5,369 bases of DNA from Escherichia phage phiX174, in the sequence record AF299308.1, one strand, 5' to 3'. A model generated the notes under the pieces. The model was given only the letters and a program-made list of their open reading frames with translations. It was not told the DNA's origin and did no database searches. The translations under genes were made by a program, and so were the position numbers. Shown here piece after piece: positions 1 to 5,369 of the stretch. The first letter of the stretch is position 1; each line of letters begins with the position of its first letter.

Positions 1-51
1 GAGTTTTATCGCTTCCATGACGCAGAAATTAACACTTTCGGATATTTCTGA
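1..51 (+). CDS. B: Internal scaffolding protein B, C-terminal 17 codons (3' part of the ORF that starts at 5058 and wraps across the window end); stop TGA at 49-51
   Basis: Reading frame is continuous from 5369 to 1; translation ...PAEFYRFHDAEINTFGYF* matches the phiX174 B C-terminus; stop TGA overlaps K start (TGATG at 49-53). Total 120 aa. Confidence 0.85.
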   Translation, partial: EFYRFHDAEINTFGYF

Positions 52-136
52 TGAGTCGAAAAATTATCTTGATAAAGCAGGAATTACTACTGCTTGTTTA
101 CGAATTAAATCGAAGTGGACTGCTGGCGGGAAATGA
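1..136 (+). CDS. A: Replication initiation protein A (and A*), C-terminal 45 codons (3' part of the ORF that starts at 3964 and wraps across the window end); stop TGA at 134-136
   Basis: Codon CA|G is split across 5369/1; translation ...SFIASMTQKLTLSDISDESKNYLDKAGITTACLRIKSKWTAGGK* matches the A C-terminus; stop overlaps C start (ATGA at 133-136). Total 513 aa. Confidence 0.9.
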   Translation, partial: SFIASMTQKLTLSDISDESKNYLDKAGITTACLRIKSKWTAGGK

Positions 137-221
137 GAAAATTCGACCTATCCTTGCGCAGCTCGAGAAGCTCTTACTTTGCGACCTTTCGCCATCAACT
201 AACGATTCTGTCAAAAACTGA
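51..221 (+). CDS. K: Protein K (small membrane protein, burst-size modulator), 56 aa
   Basis: ATG at 51 overlapping B stop; translation MSRKIILIKQELLLLVYELNRSGLLAGNEKIRPILAQLEKLLLCDLSPSTNDSVKN* matches phiX174 K; overprinted on the A 3' end and C 5' end. Absent from the ORF track because it is under 60 aa. Confidence 0.85.
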   Translation: MSRKIILIKQELLLLVYELNRSGLLAGNEKIRPILAQLEKLLLCDLSPSTNDSVKN

Positions 222-393
222 CGCGTTGGATGAGGAGAAGTGGCTTAATATGCTTGGCACGTTCGTCAAGGACTGGTTTAGATATGAGTCACATTTTGTT
301 CATGGTAGAGATTCTCTTGTCGACATTTTAAAAGAGCGTGGATTACTATCTGAGTCCGATGCTGTTCAACCACTAATAGGTAAGAAATCATGA
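133..393 (+). CDS. C: Protein C (switch from dsDNA replication to ssDNA synthesis/packaging), 86 aa
   Basis: ATG at 133-135 overlaps A stop (ATGA); translation MRKFDLSLRSS...PLIGKKS* matches phiX174 C. The ORF track starts this ORF at a GTG at 115, but the canonical start is the ATG at 133. Confidence 0.9.
   Translation: MRKFDLSLRSSRSSYFATFRHQLTILSKTDALDEEKWLNMLGTFVKDWFRYESHFVHGRDSLVDILKERGLLSESDAVQPLIGKKS
317..358 (+). promoter_or_regulatory. Putative promoter pD: -10-like TACTAT at 345-350 with a weak -35 around 317-327; expected transcript start near 357-358
   Basis: Sigma70-like -10 hexamer (4/6 match to TATAAT) about 40 nt upstream of the D start, in the position where the phiX174 D promoter is known to lie inside gene C. 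The -35 is a poor match. Confidence 0.4.
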
Positions 394-848
394 GTCAAGT
401 TACTGAACAATCCGTACGTTTCCAGACCGCTTTGGCCTCTATTAAGCTCATTCAGGCTTCTGCCGTTTTGGATTTAACCGAAGATGATTTCGATTTTCTG
501 ACGAGTAACAAAGTTTGGATTGCTACTGACCGCTCTCGTGCTCGTCGCTGCGTTGAGGCCTGCGTTTATGGTACGCTGGACTTTGTGGGATACCCTCGCT
601 TTCCTGCTCCTGTTGAGTTTATTGCTGCCGTCATTGCTTATTATGTTCATCCCGTCAACATTCAAACGGCCTGTCTCATCATGGAAGGCGCTGAATTTAC
701 GGAAAACATTATTAATGGCGTCGAGCGTCCGGTTAAAGCCGCTGAATTGTTCGCGCTTACCTTGCGTGTACGCGCAGGAAACACTGACGTTCTTACTGAC
801 GCAGAAGAAAACGTGCGTCAAAAATTACGTGCAGAAGGAGTGATGTAA
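390..848 (+). CDS. D: External scaffolding protein D, 152 aa
   Basis: ORF track 390..848; translation MSQVTEQSVRFQTALASIKLIQ...RQKLRAEGVM* matches phiX174 D; ATG overlaps C stop (ATGA), stop TAA overlaps J start (TAATG). Confidence 0.95.
   Translation: MSQVTEQSVRFQTALASIKLIQASAVLDLTEDDFDFLTSNKVWIATDRSRARRCVEACVYGTLDFVGYPRFPAPVEFIAAVIAYYVHPVNIQTACLIMEGAEFTENIINGVERPVKAAELFALTLRVRAGNTDVLTDAEENVRQKLRAEGVM
568..843 (+). CDS. E: Lysis protein E (MraY inhibitor), 91 aa, overprinted in the +1 frame of D
   Basis: Translation from ATG 568: MVRWTLWDTLAFLLLLSLLLPSLLIMFIPSTFKRPVSSWKAL...KNYVQKE*; N-terminal transmembrane helix; GAGG Shine-Dalgarno at 553-556. The ORF track starts at a TTG at 520; the canonical start is the internal ATG at 568. 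Confidence 0.9.
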   Translation: MVRWTLWDTLAFLLLLSLLLPSLLIMFIPSTFKRPVSSWKALNLRKTLLMASSVRLKPLNCSRLPCVYAQETLTFLLTQKKTCVKNYVQKE

Positions 849-964
849 TGTCTAAAGGTAAAAAACGTTCTGGCGCTCGCCCTGGTCGTCCGCAGCCGTT
901 GCGAGGTACTAAAGGCAAGCGTAAAGGCGCTCGTCTTTGGTATGTAGGTGGTCAACAATTTTAA
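848..964 (+). CDS. J: Small basic DNA-binding/packaging protein J, 38 aa
   Basis: ATG 848 overlaps D stop; AGGAG Shine-Dalgarno at 835-839; translation MSKGKKRSGARPGRPQPLRGTKGKRKGARLWYVGGQQF* is highly basic and matches phiX174 J. Confidence 0.9.
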   Translation: MSKGKKRSGARPGRPQPLRGTKGKRKGARLWYVGGQQF

Positions 965-968
965 TTGC

Positions 969-984
969 AGGGGCTTCGGCCCCT
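969..984 (+). terminator. J-F intergenic hairpin: 6-bp stem AGGGGC/GCCCCT closing a C(UUCG)G tetraloop; candidate partial terminator/mRNA stabiliser (TJ)
   Basis: Perfect inverted repeat aggggc-ttcg-gcccct 5 nt after the J stop codon; no downstream T-run, so termination is likely leaky, consistent with known read-through into F. Confidence 0.55.
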
Positions 985-1000
985 TACCTGAGGATAAATT

Positions 1001-2284
1001 ATGTCTAGTATTCAAACTGGCGCCGAGCGTATGCCGCATGACCTTTCCCATCTTGGCTTCCTTGCTGGTCAGATTGGTCGTCTTATTACCATTTCAACTA
1101 CTCCGGTTATCGCTGGCGACTCCTTCGAGATGGACGCCGTTGGCGCTCTCCGTCTTTCTCCATTGCGTCGTGGCCTTGCTATTGACTCTACTGTAGACAT
1201 TTTTACTTTTTATGTCCCTCATCGTCACGTTTATGGTGAACAGTGGATTCAGTTCATGAAGGATGGTGTTAATGCCACTCCTCTCCCGACTGTTAACACT
1301 ACTCATTATATTGACCATGCCGCTTTTCTTGGCACGATTAACCCTGATACCAATAAAATCCCTAAGCATTTGTTTCAGGGTTATTTGAATATCTATAACA
1401 ACTATTTTAAAGCGCCGTGGATGCCTGACCGTACCGAGGCTAACCCTAATGAGCTTAATCAAGATGATGCTCGTTATGGTTTCCGTTGCTGCCATCTCAA
1501 AAACATTTGGACTGCTCCGCTTCCTCCTGAGATTGAGCTTTCTCGCCAAATGACGACTTCTACCACATCTATTGACATTATGGGTCTGCAAGCTGCTTAT
1601 GCTAATTTGCATACTGACCAAGAACGTGATTACTTCATGCAGCGTTACCGTGATGTTATTTCTTCATTTGGAGGTAAAACCTCTTATGACGCTGACAACC
1701 GTCCTTTACTTGTCATGCGCTCTAATTTCTGGGCATCTGGCTATGATGTTGATGGAACTGACCAAACGTCGTTAGGCCAGTTTTCTGGTCGTGTTCAACA
1801 GACCTATAGACATTCTGTGCCGCGTTTCTTTGTTCCTGAGCATGGCACTATGTTTACTCTTGCGCTTGTTCGTTTTCCGCCTACTGCGACTAAAGAGATT
1901 CAGTACCTTAACGCTAAAGGTGCTTTGACTTATACCGATATTGCTGGCGACCCTGTTTTGTATGGCAACTTGCCGCCGCGTGAAATTTCTATGAAGGATG
2001 TTTTCCGTACTGGTGATTCGTCTAAGAAGTTTAAGATTGCTGAGGGTCAGTGGTATCGTTATGCGCCTTCGTATGTTTCTCCTGTTTATCACCTTCTTGA
2101 AGGCTTCCCATTCATCCAGGAACCGCCTTCTGGTGATTTGCAAGAACGCGTACTTATTCGCCACCAGGATTATGACCAGTGTTTCCAGTCCGTTCAGTTG
2201 TTGCAGTGGAATAGTCAGGTTAAATTTAATGTGACCGTTTATCGCAATCTGCCGACCACTCGCGATTCAATCATGACTTCGTGA
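1001..2284 (+). CDS. F: Major capsid protein F, 427 aa
   Basis: ORF track 1001..2284; translation [28 protein letters not shown]... matches phiX174 F with several substitutions; GAGG Shine-Dalgarno at 990-993. Confidence 0.95.
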   Translation: MSSIQTGAERMPHDLSHLGFLAGQIGRLITISTTPVIAGDSFEMDAVGALRLSPLRRGLAIDSTVDIFTFYVPHRHVYGEQWIQFMKDGVNATPLPTVNTTHYIDHAAFLGTINPDTNKIPKHLFQGYLNIYNNYFKAPWMPDRTEANPNELNQDDARYGFRCCHLKNIWTAPLPPEIELSRQMTTSTTSIDIMGLQAAYANLHTDQERDYFMQRYRDVISSFGGKTSYDADNRPLLVMRSNFWASGYDVDGTDQTSLGQFSGRVQQTYRHSVPRFFVPEHGTMFTLALVRFPPTATKEIQYLNAKGALTYTDIAGDPVLYGNLPPREISMKDVFRTGDSSKKFKIAEGQWYRYAPSYVSPVYHLLEGFPFIQEPPSGDLQERVLIRHQDYDQCFQSVQLLQWNSQVKFNVTVYRNLPTTRDSIMTS

Positions 2285-2379
2285 TAAAAGATAACGCCGA
2301 AGCGGTAAAAATTTTAATTTTTGCCGCTGAGGGGTTGACCAAGCGAAGCGCGGTAGGTTATCTGCTCAGGAGTTTAATC
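2285..2379 (+). promoter_or_regulatory. F-G intergenic region (95 nt) with two hairpins; corresponds to the region carrying the primosome assembly site (n'/PriA recognition) for complementary-strand synthesis in phiX174
   Basis: Non-coding spacer between F stop (2282-2284) and G start (2380); contains a long imperfect palindrome at 2301-2328 and a GCGAAGC mini-hairpin motif at 2343-2349; AGGAG Shine-Dalgarno for G at 2368-2372. Confidence 0.5.
2301..2328 (+). terminator. AT-rich palindromic hairpin (about 12-bp stem including one G-T pair, 4-nt loop) after gene F; candidate TF terminator/stabiliser and part of the PAS structure
   Basis: agcggtaaaaat-ttta-atttttgccgct: positions i and j pair where i+j=4629, from 2301/2328 inward to 2312/2317. 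Confidence 0.5.
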
Positions 2380-2907
2380 ATGTTTCAGACTTTTATTTCT
2401 CGCCATAATTCAAACTTTTTTTCTGATAAGCTGGTTCTCACTTCTGTTACTCCAGCTTCTTCGGCACCTGTTTTACAGACACCTAAAGCTACATCGTCAA
2501 CGTTATATTTTGATAGTTTGACGGTTAATGCTGGTAATGGTGGTTTTCTTCATTGCATTCAGATGGATACATCTGTCAACGCCGCTAATCAGGTTGTTTC
2601 TGTTGGTGCTGATATTGCTTTTGATGCCGACCCTAAATTTTTTGCCTGTTTGGTTCGCTTTGAGTCTTCTTCGGTTCCGACTACCCTCCCGACTGCCTAT
2701 GATGTTTATCCTTTGAATGGTCGCCATGATGGTGGTTATTATACCGTCAAGGACTGTGTGACTATTGACGTCCTTCCCCGTACGCCGGGCAATAATGTTT
2801 ATGTTGGTTTCATGGTTTGGTCTAACTTTACCGCTACTAAATGCCGCGGATTGGTTTCGCTGAATCAGGTTATTAAAGAGATTATTTGTCTCCAGCCACT
2901 TAAGTGA
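2380..2907 (+). CDS. G: Major spike protein G, 175 aa
   Basis: ATG at 2380 preceded by AGGAG; translation [36 protein letters not shown]...EIICLQPLK* matches phiX174 G. The ORF track extends it to a GTG at 2281, which is not the real start. Confidence 0.95.
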   Translation: MFQTFISRHNSNFFSDKLVLTSVTPASSAPVLQTPKATSSTLYFDSLTVNAGNGGFLHCIQMDTSVNAANQVVSVGADIAFDADPKFFACLVRFESSSVPTTLPTAYDVYPLNGRHDGGYYTVKDCVTIDVLPRTPGNNVYVGFMVWSNFTATKCRGLVSLNQVIKEIICLQPLK

Positions 2908-2915
2908 GGTGATTT

Positions 2916-3899
2916 ATGTTTGGTGCTATTGCTGGCGGTATTGCTTCTGCTCTTGCTGGTGGCGCCCTGTCTAAATTGTTTGGAGGCGGTCAAGCCGCCT
3001 CCGGTGGCATTCAAGGTGATGTGCTTGCTACCGATAGCAATACTATAGGCATGGGTGATGCTGGTATTAAATCTGCCATTCAAGGCTCTAATGTTCCTAA
3101 CCATGATGAGTCCGCCCCTAGTCTTGTTTCTGGTGCTATGGCTAAAGCTGGTAAAGGACTTCTTGAAGGTACGTTGCAGGCTGGCACTTCTGCCGTTTCT
3201 GATAAGTTGCTTGATTTGGTTGGACTTGGTGGCAAGTCTGCCGCTGATAAAGGAAAGGATACTCGTGATTATCTTGCTGCTGCATTTCCTGAGCTTAATG
3301 CTTGGGAGCGTGCTGGTACTGATGCTTCCTCTGCTGGTATGGTTGACGCCGGATTTGAGAATCAAAAAGAGCTTACTAAAATGCAACTGGACAATCAGAA
3401 AGAGATTGCCAAGATGCAAAATGAGACTCAAAAAGAGATTGCTGGCATTCAGTCGGCGACTTCACGCCAGAATACGAAAGACCAGGTATATGCACAAAAT
3501 GAGATGCTTGCTTATCAACAGAAGGAGTCTACTGCTCGCGTTGCGTCTATTATGGAAAACACCAATCTTTCCAAGCAACAGCAGGTTTCCGAGATTATGC
3601 GCCAAATGCTTACTCAAGCTCAAACGGCTGGTCAGTATTTTACCAATGACCAAATCAAAGAAATGACTCGCAAGGTTAGTGCTGAGGTTGACTTAGTTCA
3701 TCAGCAAACGCAGAATCAGCGGTATGGCTCTTCTCATATTGGCGCTACTGCAAAGGATATTTCTAATGTCGTCACTGATGCTGCTTCTGGTGTGGTTGAT
3801 ATTTTTCATGGTATTGATAAAGCTGTTGCCGATACTTGGAACAATTTCTGGAAAGACGGTAAAGCTGATGGTATTGGCTCTAATTTGTCTAGGAAATAA
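2916..3899 (+). CDS. H: Minor spike / DNA pilot protein H, 327 aa
   Basis: ORF track 2916..3899; Gly/Ala-rich N-terminus [31 protein letters not shown] and Gln-rich coiled-coil-like middle match phiX174 H; GAGG Shine-Dalgarno at 2906-2909. Confidence 0.95.
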   Translation: MFGAIAGGIASALAGGALSKLFGGGQAASGGIQGDVLATDSNTIGMGDAGIKSAIQGSNVPNHDESAPSLVSGAMAKAGKGLLEGTLQAGTSAVSDKLLDLVGLGGKSAADKGKDTRDYLAAAFPELNAWERAGTDASSAGMVDAGFENQKELTKMQLDNQKEIAKMQNETQKEIAGIQSATSRQNTKDQVYAQNEMLAYQQKESTARVASIMENTNLSKQQQVSEIMRQMLTQAQTAGQYFTNDQIKEMTRKVSAEVDLVHQQTQNQRYGSSHIGATAKDISNVVTDAASGVVDIFHGIDKAVADTWNNFWKDGKADGIGSNLSRK

Positions 3900-3908
3900 C
3901 CGTCAGGA

Positions 3909-3937
3909 TTGACACCCTCCCAATTGTATGTTTTCAT
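3909..3937 (+). promoter_or_regulatory. Putative promoter pA: perfect -35 TTGACA (3909-3914), 17-nt spacer, weak -10 TTTCAT (3932-3937)
   Basis: Consensus -35 hexamer 10 nt after the H stop; the -10 is only 4/6. The A promoter is expected in the H-A spacer. Confidence 0.4.
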
Positions 3938-3963
3938 GCCTCCAAAATCTTGGAGGCTTTTTT
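3938..3963 (+). terminator. Rho-independent terminator after H (TH): 8-bp stem GCCTCCAA/TTGGAGGC, 4-nt loop, then TTTTTT running directly into the A start codon
   Basis: Perfect inverted repeat 3938-3945/3950-3957 followed by six T at 3958-3963; the 3' arm contains the GGAGG Shine-Dalgarno for gene A (3953-3957). Confidence 0.7.
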
Positions 3964-5369
3964 ATGGTTCGTTCTTATTACCCTTCTGAATGTCACGCTG
4001 ATTATTTTGACTTTGAGCGTATCGAGGCTCTTAAACCTGCTATTGAGGCTTGTGGCATTTCTACTCTTTCTCAATCCCCAATGCTTGGCTTCCATAAGCA
4101 GATGAATAACCGCATCAAGCTCTTGGAAGAGATTCTGTCTTTTCGTATGCGGGGCGTTGAGTTCGATAATGGTGATATGTATGTTGACGGCCATAAGGCT
4201 GCTTCTGACGTTCGTGATGAGTTTGTATCTGTTACTGAGAAGTTAATGGATGAATTGGCACAATGCTACAATGTGCTCCCCCAACTTGATATTAATAACA
4301 CTATAGACCACCGCCCCGAAGGGGACGAAAAATGGTTTTTAGAGAACGAGAAGACGGTTACGCAGTTTTGCCGCAAGCTGGCTGCTGAACGCCCTCTTAA
4401 GGATATTCGCGAGGAGTATAATTACCCCAAAAAGAAAGGTATTAAGGATGAGTGTTCAAGATTGCTGGAGGCCTCCACTATGAAATCGCGTAGAGGCTTT
4501 ACTATTCAGCGTTTGATGAATGCAATGCGACAGGCTCATGCTGATGGTTGGTTTATCGTTTTCGACACTCTCACGTTGGCTGACGACCGATTAGAGGCGT
4601 TTTATGATAATCCCAATGCTTTGCGTGACTATTTTCGTGGTATTGGTCGTATGGTTCTTGCTGCCGAGGGTCGCAAGGCTAATGATTCACACGCCGACTG
4701 CTATCAGTATTTTTGTGTGCCTGAGTATGGTACAGCTAATGGCCGTCTTCATTTCCATGCGGTGCATTTTATGCGGACACTTCCTACAGGTAGCGTTGAC
4801 CCTAATTTTGGTCGTCGGGTACGCAATCGCCGCCAGTTAAATACCTTGCAAAATACGTGGCCTTATGGTTACAGTATGCCCATCGCAGTTCGCTACACGC
4901 AGGACGCTTTTTCACGTTCTGGTTGGTTGTGGCCTGTTGATGCTAAAGGTGAGCCGCTTAAAGCTACCAGTTATATGGCTGTTGGTTTCTATGTGGCTAA
5001 ATACGTTAACAAAAAGTCAGATATGGACCTTGCTGCTAAAGGTCTAGGAGCTAAAGAATGGAACAACTCACTAAAAACCAAGCTGTCGCTACTTCCCAAG
5101 AAGCTGTTCAGAATCAGAATGAGCCGCAACTTCGGGATGAAAATGCTCACAATGACAAATCTGTCCACGGAGTGCTTAATCCAACTTACCAAGCTGGGTT
5201 ACGACGCGACGCCGTTCAACCAGATATTGAAGCAGAACGCAAAAAGAGAGATGAGATTGAGGCTGGGAAAAGTTACTGTAGCCGACGTTTTGGCGGCGCA
5301 ACCTGTGACGACAAATCTGCTCAAATTTATGCGCGCTTCGATAAAAATGATTGGCGTATCCAACCTGCA
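3964..5369 (+). CDS. A: Replication initiation protein A (rolling-circle HUH endonuclease), N-terminal 468 codons; ORF continues across the window end to 1..136
   Basis: ATG 3964 after GGAGG; no stop in frame to the window end; translation MVRSYYPSECHADYFDFERIEALKPAIEACG...; HUH motif (H-F-H) at 4750-4758; paired catalytic tyrosines in FYVAKYVNKK (Y codons at 4990-4992 and 5002-5004). Not in the ORF track because it has no in-window stop. Confidence 0.95.
   Translation, partial: MVRSYYPSECHADYFDFERIEALKPAIEACGISTLSQSPMLGFHKQMNNRIKLLEEILSFRMRGVEFDNGDMYVDGHKAASDVRDEFVSVTEKLMDELAQCYNVLPQLDINNTIDHRPEGDEKWFLENEKTVTQFCRKLAAERPLKDIREEYNYPKKKGIKDECSRLLEASTMKSRRGFTIQRLMNAMRQAHADGWFIVFDTLTLADDRLEAFYDNPNALRDYFRGIGRMVLAAEGRKANDSHADCYQYFCVPEYGTANGRLHFHAVHFMRTLPTGSVDPNFGRRVRNRRQLNTLQNTWPYGYSMPIAVRYTQDAFSRSGWLWPVDAKGEPLKATSYMAVGFYVAKYVNKKSDMDLAAKGLGAKEWNNSLKTKLSLLPKKLFRIRMSRNFGMKMLTMTNLSTECLIQLTKLGYDATPFNQILKQNAKREMRLRLGKVTVADVLAAQPVTTNLLKFMRASIKMIGVSNL
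4282..4311 (+). other. Origin of (+)-strand rolling-circle replication: 30-nt core CAACTTGATATTAATAACACTATAGACCAC; A-protein nick between G4288 and A4289
   Basis: Exact match to the conserved phiX174/G4-type 30-nt origin sequence, located inside gene A and followed by a short GC hairpin (ccccgaagggg, 4313-4323). Confidence 0.85.
4480..5369 (+). CDS. A*: Protein A* (N-terminally truncated A from an in-frame internal start); continues across the window end to 1..136
   Basis: In-frame ATG at 4480 (…LEAS-TMKSRRGF…) preceded by a strong GGAGG at 4467-4471 with 8-nt spacing; corresponds to the known A* internal initiation site. Confidence 0.75.
   Translation, partial: MKSRRGFTIQRLMNAMRQAHADGWFIVFDTLTLADDRLEAFYDNPNALRDYFRGIGRMVLAAEGRKANDSHADCYQYFCVPEYGTANGRLHFHAVHFMRTLPTGSVDPNFGRRVRNRRQLNTLQNTWPYGYSMPIAVRYTQDAFSRSGWLWPVDAKGEPLKATSYMAVGFYVAKYVNKKSDMDLAAKGLGAKEWNNSLKTKLSLLPKKLFRIRMSRNFGMKMLTMTNLSTECLIQLTKLGYDATPFNQILKQNAKREMRLRLGKVTVADVLAAQPVTTNLLKFMRASIKMIGVSNL
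4846..4875 (+). promoter_or_regulatory. Possible promoter pB inside gene A: -35-like TTGCAA (4846-4851), 18-nt spacer, -10-like TACAGT (4870-4875)
   Basis: Sigma70-like hexamers about 180 nt upstream of the B start. Weak match; the position is only roughly consistent with the known B promoter location. Confidence 0.25.
5058..5369 (+). CDS. B: Internal scaffolding protein B, N-terminal 104 codons, overprinted in an alternate frame of A; continues across the window end to 1..51
   Basis: ATG 5058 preceded by AGGAG (5046-5050); translation MEQLTKNQAVATSQEAVQNQNEPQLRDENAHNDKSVHGVLNPTYQAGLRRDAVQPDIEAERKKRDEIEAGKSYCSRRFGGATCDDKSAQIYARFDKNDWRIQP... matches phiX174 B. Not in the ORF track because it has no in-window stop. 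Confidence 0.9.
   Translation, partial: MEQLTKNQAVATSQEAVQNQNEPQLRDENAHNDKSVHGVLNPTYQAGLRRDAVQPDIEAERKKRDEIEAGKSYCSRRFGGATCDDKSAQIYARFDKNDWRIQPA

Noticed and set aside
115-132. GTG-initiated N-terminal extension of C in the ORF track (115..393, 92 aa)
   Set aside because: The canonical C start is the ATG at 133 that overlaps the A stop; the upstream GTG lies inside A and K coding sequence and is just the open frame upstream.
520-567. TTG-initiated extension of E in the ORF track (520..843, 107 aa)
   Set aside because: The E protein matches from the ATG at 568 (MVRWTL...), which has a GAGG upstream; the TTG at 520 has no ribosome-binding site.
2281-2379. GTG-initiated 208-aa ORF joining the F stop codon to G
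   Set aside because: The GTG overlaps the F stop; G has its own AGGAG ribosome-binding site and ATG at 2380 and matches the 175-aa spike protein. The upstream part is the non-coding F-G spacer read in the G frame.
948-5047. Short + strand alternate-frame ORFs (948..1196, 1572..1775, 1998..2234, 2528..2716, 3724..3912, 4604..4840, 4865..5047)
   Set aside because: Leu/Phe-rich translations typical of the shifted frame of T-biased codons; they lie inside F, G, H or A with no ribosome-binding site and no resemblance to any known microvirus protein.
474-5192. All minus-strand ORFs in the track (474..821, 818..1051, 1094..1621, 1772..2164, 2503..2727, 2865..3431, 3462..3653, 3934..4194, 4989..5192)
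   Set aside because: Each is antisense to a recognised + strand gene. Microviruses package the + strand and transcribe all known genes from one strand; none of these has a convincing Shine-Dalgarno or a recognisable product, and they are the size expected by chance.
1-5369. Possibility of a novel defence, toxin-antitoxin, CRISPR or mobile-element system
   Set aside because: The whole window is accounted for by the eleven canonical microvirus genes and their intergenic signals. There are no direct repeats with spacers, no tRNA/rRNA-like structure, no integrase or transposase, and no terminal inverted repeats.
1-5369. Possible integrated prophage in a bacterial chromosome
   Set aside because: The window ends join in frame to complete three genes, so it is a full circular genome with no flanking host sequence or att sites. 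phiX-like Bullavirinae are lytic and non-integrating, unlike the prophage-forming gokushovirus-type microviruses.

Overview
This window is a complete, linearised genome of a phiX174-like microvirus (Microviridae, Bullavirinae), not a novel system. I recognise it from the protein translations and the canonical gene order A/A*-B-K-C-D-E-J-F-G-H, all on the + strand. The window is cut inside gene A: the last base (5369) joins base 1 in frame, so A, A* and B run off the 3' end and finish at 1..136 and 1..51. That is why the ORF track, which only lists ORFs with an in-window start and stop, misses A, A* and B (K at 56 aa is also absent from the track). All eleven canonical genes are present with Shine-Dalgarno sequences and the classic overlapping/overprinted arrangement (E inside D, B inside A, K across the A/C junction, start/stop overlaps). 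I also identify the 30-nt (+)-strand origin inside A, the HUH and double-tyrosine Rep motifs, and intergenic hairpins after J, F and H. Compared with the canonical 5386-nt phiX174 as I recall it, this genome is 17 nt shorter: the F-G spacer is 95 nt rather than 110, H is one codon shorter, and the H-A spacer is 1 nt longer, with scattered substitutions in F, H, E and B. That suggests a divergent natural or evolved relative rather than the Illumina spike-in strain, but it needs an alignment to confirm. No CRISPR, tRNA/rRNA, transposon or defence-system signal is visible. The most useful follow-ups are the shortened F-G intergenic region and a 203-codon open alternate frame inside H, which is most likely a codon-bias artefact.
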